A stretch of 62,753 nucleotides of DNA, the filler included, from Nemertoderma westbladi (taxonomy: Eukaryota; Animalia; Xenacoelomorpha): assembly GCA_032718475.1 (NCBI GenBank). It is 4 parts of 4 records of this genome, joined end to end, with 100 filler letters (N's around TTAATTAATTAA, not from the genome) between each part and the next. Parts side by side here need not be neighbours in the genome. Positions count along the whole stretch, not along the records: positions 20,613 to 40,319 come from JAUCBJ010000350.1; positions 40,420 to 52,664 come from JAUCBJ010004110.1; 2 more parts are not named here. One strand, given 5' to 3'. The position numbers and the translations under genes are program-made. Under the pieces are notes generated by a model. The model saw nothing but the letters and a program-made list of their open reading frames with translations. It had not been told where the DNA came from and did not search any database. Every line of letters begins with the position of its first letter. Position 1 is the stretch's first letter. Positions 34,004 through 47,184 of the stretch are shown one piece after another.

Positions 34004-34817
34004 AGCTGCTATATGAGTTTATCAATATTATAATTAGTTATAATTAGGCTAGCGGGCGTCGCTGCCTACCCCTCACGGCCCCCGGAGAGCGCAAGATCCT
34101 CAGCGCCGATTTACCATCGTCGCTGTGTTTTTCGCCAACGTAGTAGCTACACAACGACAACGATAACCAGCGCGAGTCACTCCACTGTCCGTCCCAAGGG
34201 CTTAGATTTACTTCAGGTTCTTAATGCAGAGGTAGGGCTACTTTCACAATTGCGACTCGCTACTGTAAACACACTTTAGTAGTATCATTCACCTATAAAC
34301 GCACAAATTCCACACAACTGTCACAAATTGTACACATTCGGGCCATTTGTCCGTTAGTCAAGTGCCTTCCAGAATGCCACGTTATTATTATGTATCCTTG
34401 GATACTAGCGGTGTGTTATTTATTCCTTATGCTATTCAATGGGGCAAGCTTTCTTTTGTTTTAACTCGCTTCTAATTCTAGCGTGGTTGTTGCTATAGTG
34501 ACATTATGGAAAGCTAGTAGTAGAATTAGGGTAATTCTCATGCATACAGATCTGGGATGCTATTTAATAGTGATTCTTTAATTGTCAATATTTCCCTTTA
34601 TATATGGTTTTATGAATTCTATCGACTATTGACTATATATTGGAGATTCTCGCACACTAATACACTTAATAGGGTGAATCTCCGCTCCCATGATCTATTA
34701 ATTAATGGATTTTTGGGAATGTTATAAATTGTATAAAATGACAATTTATCAAATTCATTAAAAAGATGAATTTAAATTTATACCCGTAAATTTTATTATT
34801 TAATGTTGGAATAGACA

Positions 34818-35130
34818 CAATTTTATTCCAGAACTTGTCTGGGAACTGGGATCTTTGATTCTAGGAATTTTGTCCTTTTAAGAGTATCGGTAAGTACTAC
34901 GATATCTTAATCGACTAGAATTTTAAAGGATCTAAATTTTAACAGATTTTGATTTATAGATTTGTATAAATATTAACTATGTAATATTTAAGATGGGCAC
35001 AAATTTATTCCAGAACTTGTCTGGGGACGTTAACCACTGATTCTAAAATTTTGTCTTTCAAGTATATCGGTGGGTGCCACGATATCTTAATCGACTAGAA
35101 TTATAGCTGGTCAAAGGGTTTAACAGATTT
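34818..35130. repeat. about 180-bp diverged tandem duplication
   Basis: CCAGAACTTGTCTGG at 34828 and 35010; GATATCTTAATCGACTAGAA at 34901 and 35081. Confidence 0.85.
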
Positions 35131-35330
35131 ATTTTGCGTTTTACGCTACTGTTAAAGGGACATCACGCTACAATATGTATTATTTTAATATAAGGTATGA
35201 GAGCAATATCGCATGAAGCAATGTCAGAGAGAAGAGGCAAGTCATTTCCAAGGTCTACCCAGAGCTTGGTTTAGCCGAGACACGAGGATCTGAACTTTGC
35301 ATTCCTAATACTCTGCCTACCAATAATACT

Positions 35331-35625
35331 TGAATATAATAGGAGCTTTATTGTACTTTTAATAAGAACGGACATTTCAGCTTACTGTAGTCACGCATTT
35401 ATAATATGATACGGACAGTAAGGAAAAAGAGAAAATAATTATTTCTCGCCGTCACACTAAATATATAATATACGTACAGTAATTAAGTAACAAACGCGAA
35501 TATATATTGCACTAATCTACTAAATAATCGCTAAAATAACATTCTACTAAATAAAATTAAAGAAAACGATTATAATAAAAGTACATAATAATACATACAT
35601 AGATATAAAATAATATAGTCACACA
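35331..35625 (-). repeat. putative BEL LTR (about 295 bp)
   Basis: Follows PPT-like GGAGTGGG, starts TGT, contains AATAAA, ends TTCA, followed by TGGTAGGCAGAG; the 3' boundary is inferred. Confidence 0.6.
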
Positions 35626-35639
35626 CCCACTCCAGACGT

Positions 35640-37735
35640 TGTTACGTTGGGGAGCCCCTAGATGTTTGAGGGATTAGGGAGGTGGTCGTGGGAAGAGTAT
35701 CTTGCCTTCCATAGTTTCCGGAGAGTTCTCGGTCTCTTTCCAGTAAACATAAACAACCAACTGGGCGATTGAGCTGTTGCGTCTCGAGGACAATTCCCGG
35801 TTTCTTAAAGTTACGTCGCATGACGACGAGTTCTACCGATCACACTAAACCATCATCGGACAGAAGGGTCTCGATGATACGACCTGTCTGCCACCGCTTA
35901 CGTGGAAGATCTGAGTCCACTATAAGTACCATGTCGCACTGACGTTTTCTTGCTGCGCAAACCACTTGGTTCGAAGTTGTAGCGTAGGCAGATAATGTTT
36001 TTCGAAATGGTCAGCAAAACGACGAGATAACAACTGCATGAGTTGCCAAGTTTGCTGGCAGTATTTGTCTCCGTCCGTGATTTCCGATCGTAGGAGCATG
36101 GCTACAGGTTTCTTCAGTAGGAAGTGCGCGGGTGTTAGCGCTTCCAGGGAATCGGGACTCGAAGAGACTGGCATAAGCGGTCTCTCGTTGAGATAGGCGG
36201 CGATTTCCTCCATTAACGTCCGCAAAACTTTGTCGGTGAGATACGCGCGGCACGGCACTATAAAGTGAAATGCGGTCTTCACGCTCCTGATTAATCTCTC
36301 CCAACTTCCTCCCCACCAAGGGGCATCGGCGGCGTTGAAGGTCCAGCTAGACGCTGTTACCCTTAGCTGATCGTCCACCTGTCTTTGGTTCCAATCTTTG
36401 ACGTAAGCCTTAATTTCATTGTTGGCACCAATGAATTTTGTTCCCTTATCCGATCTCATCGTGTTACTAGTTCCAAAGCAAGCGATCTGTCGGCGTAAGC
36501 TCAGTATGAAGCTGTTGGTAGATAGATCGTTCACCATATCGAGATGGATAGCTCTAGAAGTCATACAGACAAAGATGACACACCATCTCTTGACTATAGT
36601 CCTAGCACAATATACTTCAATAGGGCCAAATAAATCCACGCCGGTATTAGTAAAGGGTGGTTCATAGAAGCTTACGCGTTCCCTAGGTAATTCTGCCTCT
36701 CACTGTGTTAAAGGCCTACTGAATGCTTTCCTACAGGGTATGCAGTTCCTAAGAACTTGGTTCAGAGCTCTACGGGGGTTATGAAAATAATAGCGAGTTC
36801 GAATTTCGCTAAGAACTCTTTCTCTACCAGCATGGTAAAGCTTACTGTGAACATCTACGATCATCTTGATTTGTATTTCAAGATTTCTAATAAGTATGGG
36901 AAACTTAGTGTCAAAGGATAATGGAGCATTAGTTAGTCTCCCTCCAACACGTATTAACCCATCTATCATTGTGCTAGAGAAACGATCCCTTAAGCGCATC
37001 TGTGGATTTCTCAACAACAGGAAATACTTATCGGAATCCTCATAGCATTGCAGGAGCCTCAGTATCTGTTTATTGGTTTTTCATGCTCCTAGTAACTGAT
37101 CTTCTCCTTCAGAAATCTGTCTGATATCTTGTATTCGGGAAGATCTTTAACAACATGGACCTGCGCAGATGTCAGTGGAGCGGTATCACTAGTGATCTTC
37201 TTTCTGGAGTAGTGATAATGAAAACATCGTTTCAAATATGCAACGGCCTTACAGAGCCGATTCCAGGAGCTGTAGTGATGTATCGCTCTCTGCAGGATGG
37301 GTGAGAGTCCTGGTGACGTCTGGTGTTCCAGATTTCCAGTCTCTCTCTCTAATCTCCACAACAGATTTATTTGTGGCAGGGAATTTTGGATCCAAAACGT
37401 CGTCTCTGGAAATGTGTAATACAGACAGATCTATTACGGGTTTAAATAACTTCTATTTACTCGCCCGGGTTTTAGGTTTGACTTTCTCCGCTCCCTTGGC
37501 TTGTCTAATCTCAGCCGTGGTAAGATGAGGAGGCCATTCATCTTCTTCCTTGCTTAGGAAGTCGGGTCCACCTAACCAGTCTGGAGTATCTATCAGTTCT
37601 TAGGGAGTTGCTCCTCTGGAGGCGATGTCGGCTGGATTAATCGTCCCAGGGCAATGTCTCCATTGATCTATCTTCGTGCGACTAAGTATAATGGCTACTC
37701 TGTTGGTAACGAAGGCGCTGAACTGACAGACTTCA
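35640..37735 (-). mobile_element. BEL/Pao pol 3' half (RNase H region, integrase, DUF5641), defective
   Basis: FVTNRVA, WRHCPGTINPADIASRG, LIRVGGRL, VDLFGPI, APWWGGSWERL, ALTPAHFL; stops and frameshifts; same family as 8451-9677. Confidence 0.95.
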
Positions 37736-37744
37736 TGTAGCTAC

Positions 37745-38064
37745 TGTCCCACATAAAATGAAATTCGCCCTGATTGGCTGAGCCGAACAAAGAACCCAGA
37801 GGGCAAGGGCAAGTTCCACGTCAGCAAATCAGCTGGTAGATGTCGTCATATGAGTCATCGGAACTACACTGTATTAAGAGTATTTTGACGCAATGCGGCA
37901 TAAAGTGGCTTGTTATGTCCGCTAAAGTACTCAGACAGAAAAAATGGCTTTTTATGTCCGCTAAAGTACACATACAGAAAAATGGCTTTTTATGTCCGCT
38001 TGTACTTTGTACACAGTACTTTGCGGGAAAAGGGACTGATTATATCCGCAAAAGCTTTTACAGC
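37745..38064 (+). mobile_element. dispersed non-coding repeat family, copy C
   Basis: Matches copies A and B; abuts the truncated BEL pol. Confidence 0.9.
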
Positions 38065-40319
38065 CTCCAAGGTTAAGCTGTTCTCCATAGAAACCGATTT
38101 TATTTGTGGATATATCAATAATAATTAATAAGAATTATTATTTTATTTAATTCAGCCAGGAAGGTAGTATTATCTAAAATGAAATAAAAGTGTAATTATA
38201 GGTAAGGAAAAATAATTAATTAAAGTAAATTACACTTAGTATATCAGTAATACAGATTTTAAAAGTAGACGAAGTGCTTAAATGGCACAGTTGTTATGTA
38301 ATCTGTATTATATTTTGGGACACGTAATGTAAGGGATCTGGGACAGGCACATTAATATTTTTTAACCTGTTACATAATAATATAATTTAATAACAAACCA
38401 TATTATTAATTTACAGTTTTTAATGGTTGCGGTTCATAATTCTATTATTTTGGCTAATAATTTTATAATTATTGTGGCCACCAGCCCGGTTGCCCATTCT
38501 CAGCCAATTCTGGCTCAGCCACGGAGAATGGAGGTGAAACTGTCTCTGTTTCAAATATATCAATAATTTATGGCTGAGTTAGTTTTCGTGCTGTGGTCCC
38601 TTTCTGGCACCCATCAGAATTATTTTTTGTGCTAAAATTGTCATAATTATGTCTCGCTAGAATATAAATTTATTTGCGGTATATAGCGGTTTTTTGGATG
38701 CTGATCGCGATTATAGAACTCAAATATAATATTCGAGAAAATTTCTGGTCATTTTGAATGGGCACGAAATATAAAAGTGGTGCAAATATGATAATAAAAA
38801 GATTAACTAATTTAACCTTATTTTATGTCCTTATTGGTTTTTCCGTGTAGTTGACAAAATTTGATATAATTCACGTATCGTAGTACGTAGAGTAATATTA
38901 ATTTCAATACGTGTCACTAAAATTCGTGTCACTAAATTACGTGTCAATACGTGTCGCTATTGGGTAGCGTGTGCTTTATAACCCCCCCCCCCCCCCCCCC
39001 CCCCCCCAGGGGGGGGGGGGGGGGGCGTTAAATTAGCTCAAACGTCTCAAAACAAAAATGTATAATATGGTTGTTTATCTAGATGCAACTCCAATCAAAT
39101 AGGGATACAGAGGGTACACGGAGGGGTAATCAATACACCGTTAAATGCCAATCTAATTAACGGCCAACTTATTCTCGGGTTGGTTGTATTAATATTAGCA
39201 TGTTTGTGGATTTGTTTATTTTTGGTAATTATTTTCAAATTTAATCAAAATTATCGTTTTAACCGGTTTTTTTATGTTGTATATTTTTATTTATAAAGTA
39301 CGACTCTACCTCGAGTGGGAATATTGAGTTACTTTATATAAATTTGCTAGTGTTAGACGTAGAATGAAATAAAATGTATCTTCATTATTAATTCGACGAA
39401 CTATATTCTCTGAGTATGCCGAAAGCTAGCCATCCTTGGTCGCCATGGTTACCAATAGACCACACGTGGTATTACCATAGAAACGAGGCGCCACCATTGG
39501 CAATCCGAGAGAACACGAATGCAGGGGAAATGATGACAGATATCTACCGACACTCTGGCAACAATAATGTTCTAGAACTTTCGCAAAGACGCGACGCTTC
39601 TACCTACAGAATACCGCCGGATTTCCTAAACAAATCGAGAATATAAAACTGGAAATCCTTTTTCTTTCCTCGACAACCGACACCAGACGCGCGACTACGG
39701 GGTTTATTTCGACGAGAAGTTTGGGAAGTTTAAATCCTACGGAGGTATGCGGCATCATCTTTCTACAAACCACATCGAGTGGGTGAGTGACACAGCTGGG
39801 CGAGGTGACCGGCCCTACACGTCGGTTTACCGGAGGAGTTTCAACCGAGACTCGTCTGTAACCCCGGATACTACCGCGGGGATATCGCTTGATATCCCTC
39901 CCGTATTCCGGGCCGCCACCTCGGAATCATTCCGACCCCATTCCCGCCTCCCCCGTGTCTACCCGACCCCGTAGTCAGGGCGACTGATCGCTCGGAATAT
40001 ATCCGGGTTGGTATGACAGCCCCTGATTCCGGTCCATTTTGGACTCCTCTTCGCTCCCTCTTTGGCACAGGAACCGTTCCAGAAACCCAATAACTGGCGA
40101 TATTCAAAAAGAGGGGTTAAAATATAATAGGATTTATTTGTATATTATTAGGTAATAAAGAATTTTAATTACCAATTAATTTGTTTAATTATATCAGCTA
40201 ATTTTGAAAAGTCCAAATTTTGCTCTCGGAACACACCTCCGACGTTCTCAAAATGTTTCTATAAAATATATTAGGTAATATTAGGCAGACAACTGATACG
40301 GATGTTGAAATATTTAAGG

Positions 40320-40419
40320 NNNNNNNNNNNNNNNNNNNNNNNNNNNNNNNNNNNNNNNNNNNNTTAATTAATTAANNNNNNNNNNNNNNNNNNNNNNNNN
40401 NNNNNNNNNNNNNNNNNNN
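40320..40419. other. artificial contig linker
   Basis: N44-TTAATTAATTAA-N44. Confidence 0.99.
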
Positions 40420-40528
40420 AGGGCCAGCTACTGAACTATGGTTACAGTAATTACACTAGCACTAGGACTAGGCCTACTTGAATAATATTAATATTAGAAA
40501 TAATACTAGAGGCCTATATTAATAAAAT

Positions 40529-42791
40529 ATGGCAACACGGTTAGCCAGTTCTCATATCTATGGCCAGCCACATCCTCTGCCTGAGTCTCAACTGCCTACA
40601 AATGGCGATGTGTTGCGCTACATTCAGCTAGTGAGATCACAAATGAAATCAGCTGCTGGATCACAGAGAGATCCCACTCATTATTCAGTTGCACAAAGTG
40701 TTGCAAAATCCGTCCAACAAATCTACACTAAAGCAAGTGTTCCAACTGTGACTACAAAGGGTGTCATATTCAAAACACTGAAACTGATGTCTGATGTTCG
40801 AAGCCAGCTTGAAAAGGTACCAGATAAACAGAGAAAAGGAGCTTCGTACTTGGCCAAACTTCAAGAATGGAAGTTAAAGTTTGAACAGCTGTTTGATATT
40901 ACAGCATGCAAATGTTCTGAAAACTGCAGCTGCAGCAAGGAGAAGCAGATACCACCTATTGAACGTGAATTCTTGGCAGATCAGAGGAATGCTCGTCAGA
41001 TGGTCATTGGTACAGTTGATGTCCGAGAAAGTAATAAGATTCAACGCAGAGAGGAACGGAAAAGACATGAATCATTGCTTCAATTCGTTAGCCAAAACGT
41101 AACTACTGGTGACATAACTCAAGAAAACCCAGTGGACAGCAGTCATGCTAGTTCCCATGATGTTAGCATTGGAGATGGTAGCGACTCAGATACTACATCT
41201 GATGCTAATTATGTTTGCTATCATAATGCATCTACATCTACAAATACACAAACTCGCATTGGGCTTCAATCTGTGTCCCGTGAAGCTGAGAGATATGGAA
41301 TCTCGGACCGTGCTGCCGCAGCTATAGCAACAGCAGCAGTAATTGATGTCACAGGAGAATTTCATTTGAGTAATGTGATTGACCGTAGCAAGATTCGTAG
41401 GTCAAGGAAGAGACTACGAGATGAAACAAATGAAGCATGCCATATGGAACGTCAATCAACACCTCCTAAAGCACTGTTCTTTGATGGGCGCAGAGACAGT
41501 ACCTTAGTGAGGGACCCAGCCACTGGGAACGTTAAAATGGCTAGAGAAGAGCACTATGTGCTTGTAGGTGAGCCAAATAATGTGTTTCTTGGTCATGTAT
41601 CACCTCCAACTGGATCTTCATCTTCCATATGCCGTGAGATTGTTGGATTCTTTGGAGATTCTGAGTTGAATTTATCAAGGGTGGAAGCTTTAGGTTGTGA
41701 TGGAACCAACGTTAATACGGGAAGGATTGGAGGTGTTATAAGGCTGCTAGAGGAACACTATACAATCTCCAGTGCAATGGATCATCTGCTTACTGCACAT
41801 TAATGAGCTGCCACTACGGCATTTAGTACATCAGTTAGATGGTCCAACTGAAGGCCCAAACTCCTTCAAGGGGCCTATTGGGAAACAGATCAAGTCATCC
41901 ACAGCTCTTCTTAATTTACCAAAGGCAAATTATACAAAGCTAGATTCTGACAACTTTCCCGAAATGCCTGAGAGCATATCATCAGATCTAAGCACAGATC
42001 AGAAATATCTCTATCAGATCTGCCAAGCAATCATCTCAGGTGTGTGTAGTGGTAGATTGATAGCTCTAGAACCTGGGAGACTCTCACACTCACGGTGGGT
42101 GACAATGGCCAATAGAATCTGTCGATTGTATATCGGTACTCCTGACCCATCAGCCACCCTCAATGAACTTGTTTGCTATATCATCAAGGTATATGCTCCT
42201 GTGTGGTTCCTTATCAAGAAGAACCAAATGCTGAAGGATGGAGCTATAAATTTTTTCTTTCTCTTGAACTGGAGCCGGTCGTTTTCTGTTGAGATCAGAC
42301 AGATAGTCGACCCTGTGCTTCAGCGGAATGCCTATCATGCACATCCCGAGAGTATTCTGATAGCGATGCTGCATGATGATCGACCATCTATTCGCCAGTT
42401 GGCTGTTCGTCGAATAATAAAGTGTCGAGAATCAGCCACAAAGCATTCAGGCATTGTGCGGCAGTTTGTTGTGCCATGTCTTAATTTTGATGCTGGCGAT
42501 TACAATGAAATGGTTGATTGGTGGTCTCCATCATCAAACGTTGTCACTGAACCCCCTCTTACGATTTCTCTTTCAAATGTTGAGCTGCAGCAGTTTGCCG
42601 ATTCAAAGCCTCCAGATACTTTTGCACCATATCATTGCCACACCCAGGGAGTTGAGAGAATGATCAAACTGCTCACTGAGGCTTCTATAAATGTGGTTGG
42701 ATCAGAGGCAAGAAATGGTGTCGTTCATAACAAAATCATGGCAATGGCACAGCGCCCCATATTCGATACCAAACAAGACTTCAAACTATAG
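40529..42791 (+). pseudogene. hATm-like DDE transposase, single frameshift near 41760
   Basis: LPTNGDVL, FDGRRD, CDGTNVNTG, WIICLLHINELPLRH, SHSRW, CHTQGVER; element end ..CACCCTA at 43171 (TAGGGTG-type terminus). Confidence 0.82.
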
Positions 42792-43529
42792 AGCGAAACT
42801 GACCAAAAGTTAAATGAACAACTTACTATAACATACCGGACACCGGTATGTCATAGGCATCTATTTTCAATATGCCACATTACTCTATATACTTTGCCAA
42901 TTAATTATATGTAGTTCTGTACATGCTTGCAAGAAATTACAACTATTTCTTTTACATTCGAGCGTTCCAACGTCACTTTTTCTAAAGACCGCAAAAGCGC
43001 TAAGATAGTCCAAAATGTGCCAAAAAGTTGAAAAATATAAGTCGAGTATGACAGATGATCCCCTTGACAGATCTCGATCACATTTGGCTGAATTTCATTT
43101 GACATATAGGTCCGTATTTTCCCACACTTCCAAGGGGGTATGACAAAAATTACATTTTTCACTCCACCCTAACTAATACCCCTAACAACTATATTGCCTT
43201 ACCATTGTTGCATTCAACTAAATAGTAATACATATATTGCTAATAATGAAGAAATATGTTGTGGTTGACTTCATTGGTGATAATCTCCCATCTCTAGAAT
43301 GGGGGCTCATCTACTGGCTTGTTGAGAAGGAGTCAATTCAAATGATACATTGGCCAAGGAATGCATCGCAGTGGCGAATGATGAAAACTCATGAAAACAG
43401 TCAATATATAAAGTGGCCGAATTTGCATATTTGCTATATGTACAAATTATATATATAAAAATAATCCATGTTTTTAAAGATATCTCGAAATGCTACCATC
43501 AACACTCCCAGAGTTTACTAATATATAAG

Positions 43530-43650
43530 TCTGAGCCAGTGGACAGTGAGATGTTAACAATGTGAGCCAGGGGTTCAGCAATAAGTGAGATGGTGGGATA
43601 GATACTATATGCAGCTAGACCATCGTAACCAGGGCTAGTTCTCTTGCACC
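43530..43650 (-). mobile_element. CR1/L2/jockey-like LINE RT fragment
   Basis: SPGYDGL..IAEPLAHIVNISLSTG. Confidence 0.6.
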
Positions 43651-43941
43651 ACTGGTGGCACGGACACCCCGTTCGACAGATCACAGACCCCTCACAGATC
43701 AATGTAACCCAACCCCACTTTACCATATCTGATATGCCAATAACTGAGTAATCAGAACTTATATTTTAAATATTTCGGTTCTTCAAATAAATCAAGTATG
43801 TCAACCTAAACGTCGTCTGAATCGTTTTATTCAGCCAGGGAGAATTTAGCTCCTTTGCCTTGACTGCGTCGTGGCTGAATATTGACATTCCTACCGTACT
43901 GTATGTTCTCAGAGCCGTACCTGGGGGGGGGGGGGGGGACA

Positions 43942-43995
43942 CAGCCGGCACAGTATTCTTAAAAATTCAGCTGCAATGCAGCATGCCGATCCTAG
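43942..43995 (+). mobile_element. extreme 3' end of the RTE family, between G runs
   Basis: AGCCGGCACAG..CAGCTGCAATGCAGCATGCCGATCCTAGT matches 30419-30472. Confidence 0.9.
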
Positions 43996-46738
43996 TGGGG
44001 GGGGGGGGGGGGGGGGGGTGGAGGCAAGTGCCACAAGACACTGATTTGTGAAGGGCGCCAAATTAAAAAATTCGGGTTATGAGGAGTGGCAATATCATAA
44101 CAAATTGAAAAAATATATAACACCCTAATAAATACATATCAAAATAATTAAAGAATAAAAAAAAGAAAACATTAATTATTTTATTACATACCGAATAAAC
44201 CACTTACAAACCATTTCAGTATTAAATCACCCAAGGCTTGCATCTACAATGCAACATTATTATTTAGTATATTTACAAGATCGTTTAAGTATTTTGGCTT
44301 TAAGGATATATTAGAGAACACGAATATTCGCGTTATTTCTTTTCGACACACGGTATCCACCAAATTTATAAATTAATCCCAAATGAAAATTCCAAATATA
44401 CCCGGGCAAAGTGGGCAAATTATTAGAAGTTGTAAAACCCAAAATTATTACATTACGGGCTGTTTTTCAGGAAGGATGACCATGAAATTGTCGGCTTTTC
44501 AAAGTTAAAGGTACCCTGAAGGCCAAGGAATCAAATACTTGGTGTAAAGAAATGGTATATTTATTGTCAATACGCCACGACCTCCACTGGTATTGAAAAT
44601 GGAAATATGTATGTTTCTTCCATTTATATTCATTTTATCCATAACAGCATTAGATAAGTAGAGTACAATAACACAATTGTACAATAAGTACAATAGGGCT
44701 AGTAGTTGCTAGTAGCCTAATAGTAATAGATCAGTAGGCCTACGGTAGTAGTTGCTAGTAGGCCCAAAAATCAGGGCTCATAATCTCTTCATCTCATACT
44801 GACAGCATTTGTAGCCTGATGCCGTCAGACATACCTGTCTCAGTGATGATAGTCCATGACCTTCGGGCAATAAACTTAGCAGGGTGCATGATTGGCATTT
44901 CATCGAGACAGATATCCTTGAAATAAAACCTATCTGTTTCGTTTTCTTCTGTTCCCTTATTCAGGATTCTTTCATGAAGCTTGCAGCAGTCATCCAACCT
45001 CAAAGAACTGGGCGAGATCAGAACCCAACACATAAATTGTCTGCCTCCTCAACGTCGGAGGAGTGGTTTTATAATAAAGCGATCAAATTAACAAACGGAA
45101 AACAACAAACGTTTCTTACAGAGCAGCATTTGTTTGTAATGCCATTGATGCGCTCCTCTGAGAGGTTGAACATAGCGGCATCTTAGTCAATGCAGTGGGT
45201 AGTGGTGTACTGTCTGTGGATGGTTGTGGTACACCCTGAGTGACTGACATTGAATTAAAAAATTTGATTTCATTACTTATTATGTTTTAAGTAGCTTTTA
45301 ACTTTTTTTAATATCATCACTTATGATCTTTTAATTAACATTTTAAATTTCAAAATTGAGAATGCCAGACCCATTTTTTCTCCAAAAATGGCATATTGTT
45401 ATATGCTATGATGTTTTTTATTAATTATTAATATAATTATTATTAAAATTAAAAATATTATTTAAAAAAATTTGATTTCATTACTTATTATGTTTTGAGT
45501 AGCTTTTAACTTTTTTTAAATTTCAAAATTTAGAGTCCTATGATCAATTTTGTGAAAAGCCCTAAATCTATGGTTCATTTGTCTCCTAATATCTCGAGAA
45601 CCAGAGAAGCTATTCCAAAACGGTCTTCATTATCAAAATCAGGGAAGAATTTTGATTTAGAATCAATTAAAAAAAAAATTCAATTTTTTGAACCTGGAAT
45701 GATACATTCCCCTTAAAGATAACCAAGTAGCCCTAGGGTGTATATATATAAGATAGGTCCTATACTGGTGACAAATTGTAAGTTAGCGCTTGCGTGTCAT
45801 CATGACACCAGATGATGGACACAAGATTAACTCAAACATATGCAACCAGCCCTCGGGCCTAGTCGAGTTGGGCCCCCCTATCTTCAGAATCTCCCCTTTG
45901 CACATTTTTGTTTCCAGGCTAGGCATGAATGAACAATTTCCTTCACCCTTATTATAAGTCTCAATTACTTTCTTTGTTGCAGGGCCATGATTGGTCCACA
46001 CAACTGCATAATAGAGTCTAATTTCCGAAGTGCAATCTCAGCTAACTCCCAGTTAAACAGAATCCAGGACCAAGTCTAGGAACAAAAACCTTGAGCATTC
46101 AAAGCACGAATGGATAGCCCAATAGCAACTCGACAGAGAAGCATTATCTCATGACATGTCATAAGGAGTTATCCAAGGTAATTAATTCCCATTCGCGTAC
46201 AAGTCGTGAATAAATCATTGACCCTTCAGAAATTGAATGTGAGAAGAACATTGTTATCTTAGGATGCTTCTGTATCAACTTCTCAATGTCTTCCCAATGC
46301 CTAAATTTCACATTACCAGGCTCACACATTACCACCCTCAGTTGAGGTTTATGTCTATCTTTACTCTTGTCCATTTTTAATTTAGACTACAATGAATTAT
46401 TAATATTAATACTCATGTCAAGTCCAAGTTAGTCTTGGTTCGATCGGTAGATGACGACTTTGTCTATAGTGATAAGTATACAGTTTAATGCTTACAGTTT
46501 TCCAAAATCAATCTTGAACAATGATGATGATCTCAGAAGTGCCTTTATTATTATCAGACAATCCCTCACCGTCTTTATTATTATCAGCCAATCCCACTTT
46601 GATGAAAAATTTAGCAATGATACCAAACAATATCAAATGTGATGTTGGGGACAACTATTTGGATTTAATGACATTATAACAGGCTTAAAAAATGAAAAAA
46701 CAGCCTTGGATCCATCATGATATATGATCATCATGTAT

Positions 46739-46897
46739 GGATCACGATTTTTGAATGATGCTAAAACCAGGTGTGTTGTTAATGAGCATGAGTTATTGGC
46801 TATTCAGTTGAGAGCTGAGAGATGCAAACTGTAATTACATGGTGCCGATCATTTTCATGTCAATACAGACCAAAACCACTTCTAGCAATATGCAATA
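46739..46897 (+). mobile_element. Ty3/gypsy RNase H fragment
   Basis: GSRFLNDAKTR..EHELLAI..CKL*LHGADHFHVNTD. Confidence 0.7.
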
Positions 46898-46932
46898 GTA
46901 CCTTTATGACCTGAAGAATGTATTTGCTATGG

Positions 46933-47148
46933 TTATTTGGGAGCCTGGTAGAAGTCCAGCAGTATTTTTCCATTTTGGTTGATATCTCTTAGATTGTATT
47001 GCCCAATAATGTTGTGACTTAAATGCTGTGTTGTCTTCCTTGTTCCCATGTGTCCGTTAAAATCACCCAATATTAATAAATTTCCTTTACTTCGTGCCTG
47101 TACAATTTGAATATGTAGATTATCCATAAAATTTGCTAAAATTGGCAT
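46933..47148 (-). mobile_element. non-LTR AP-like endonuclease fragment (RTE-like)
   Basis: LLILGDFNGHMG..IGQY..NQNGKILLDF. Confidence 0.8.
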
Positions 47149-47184
47149 AATATGTGCCTAAACTATTGGTTTGATTAGATTAAA

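Noticed and set aside
30924-38064. Flanking direct repeats as LTRs of the BEL element
   Set aside because: No TG..CA ends, PBS or PPT; pol is cut mid-gene; a third copy occurs alone
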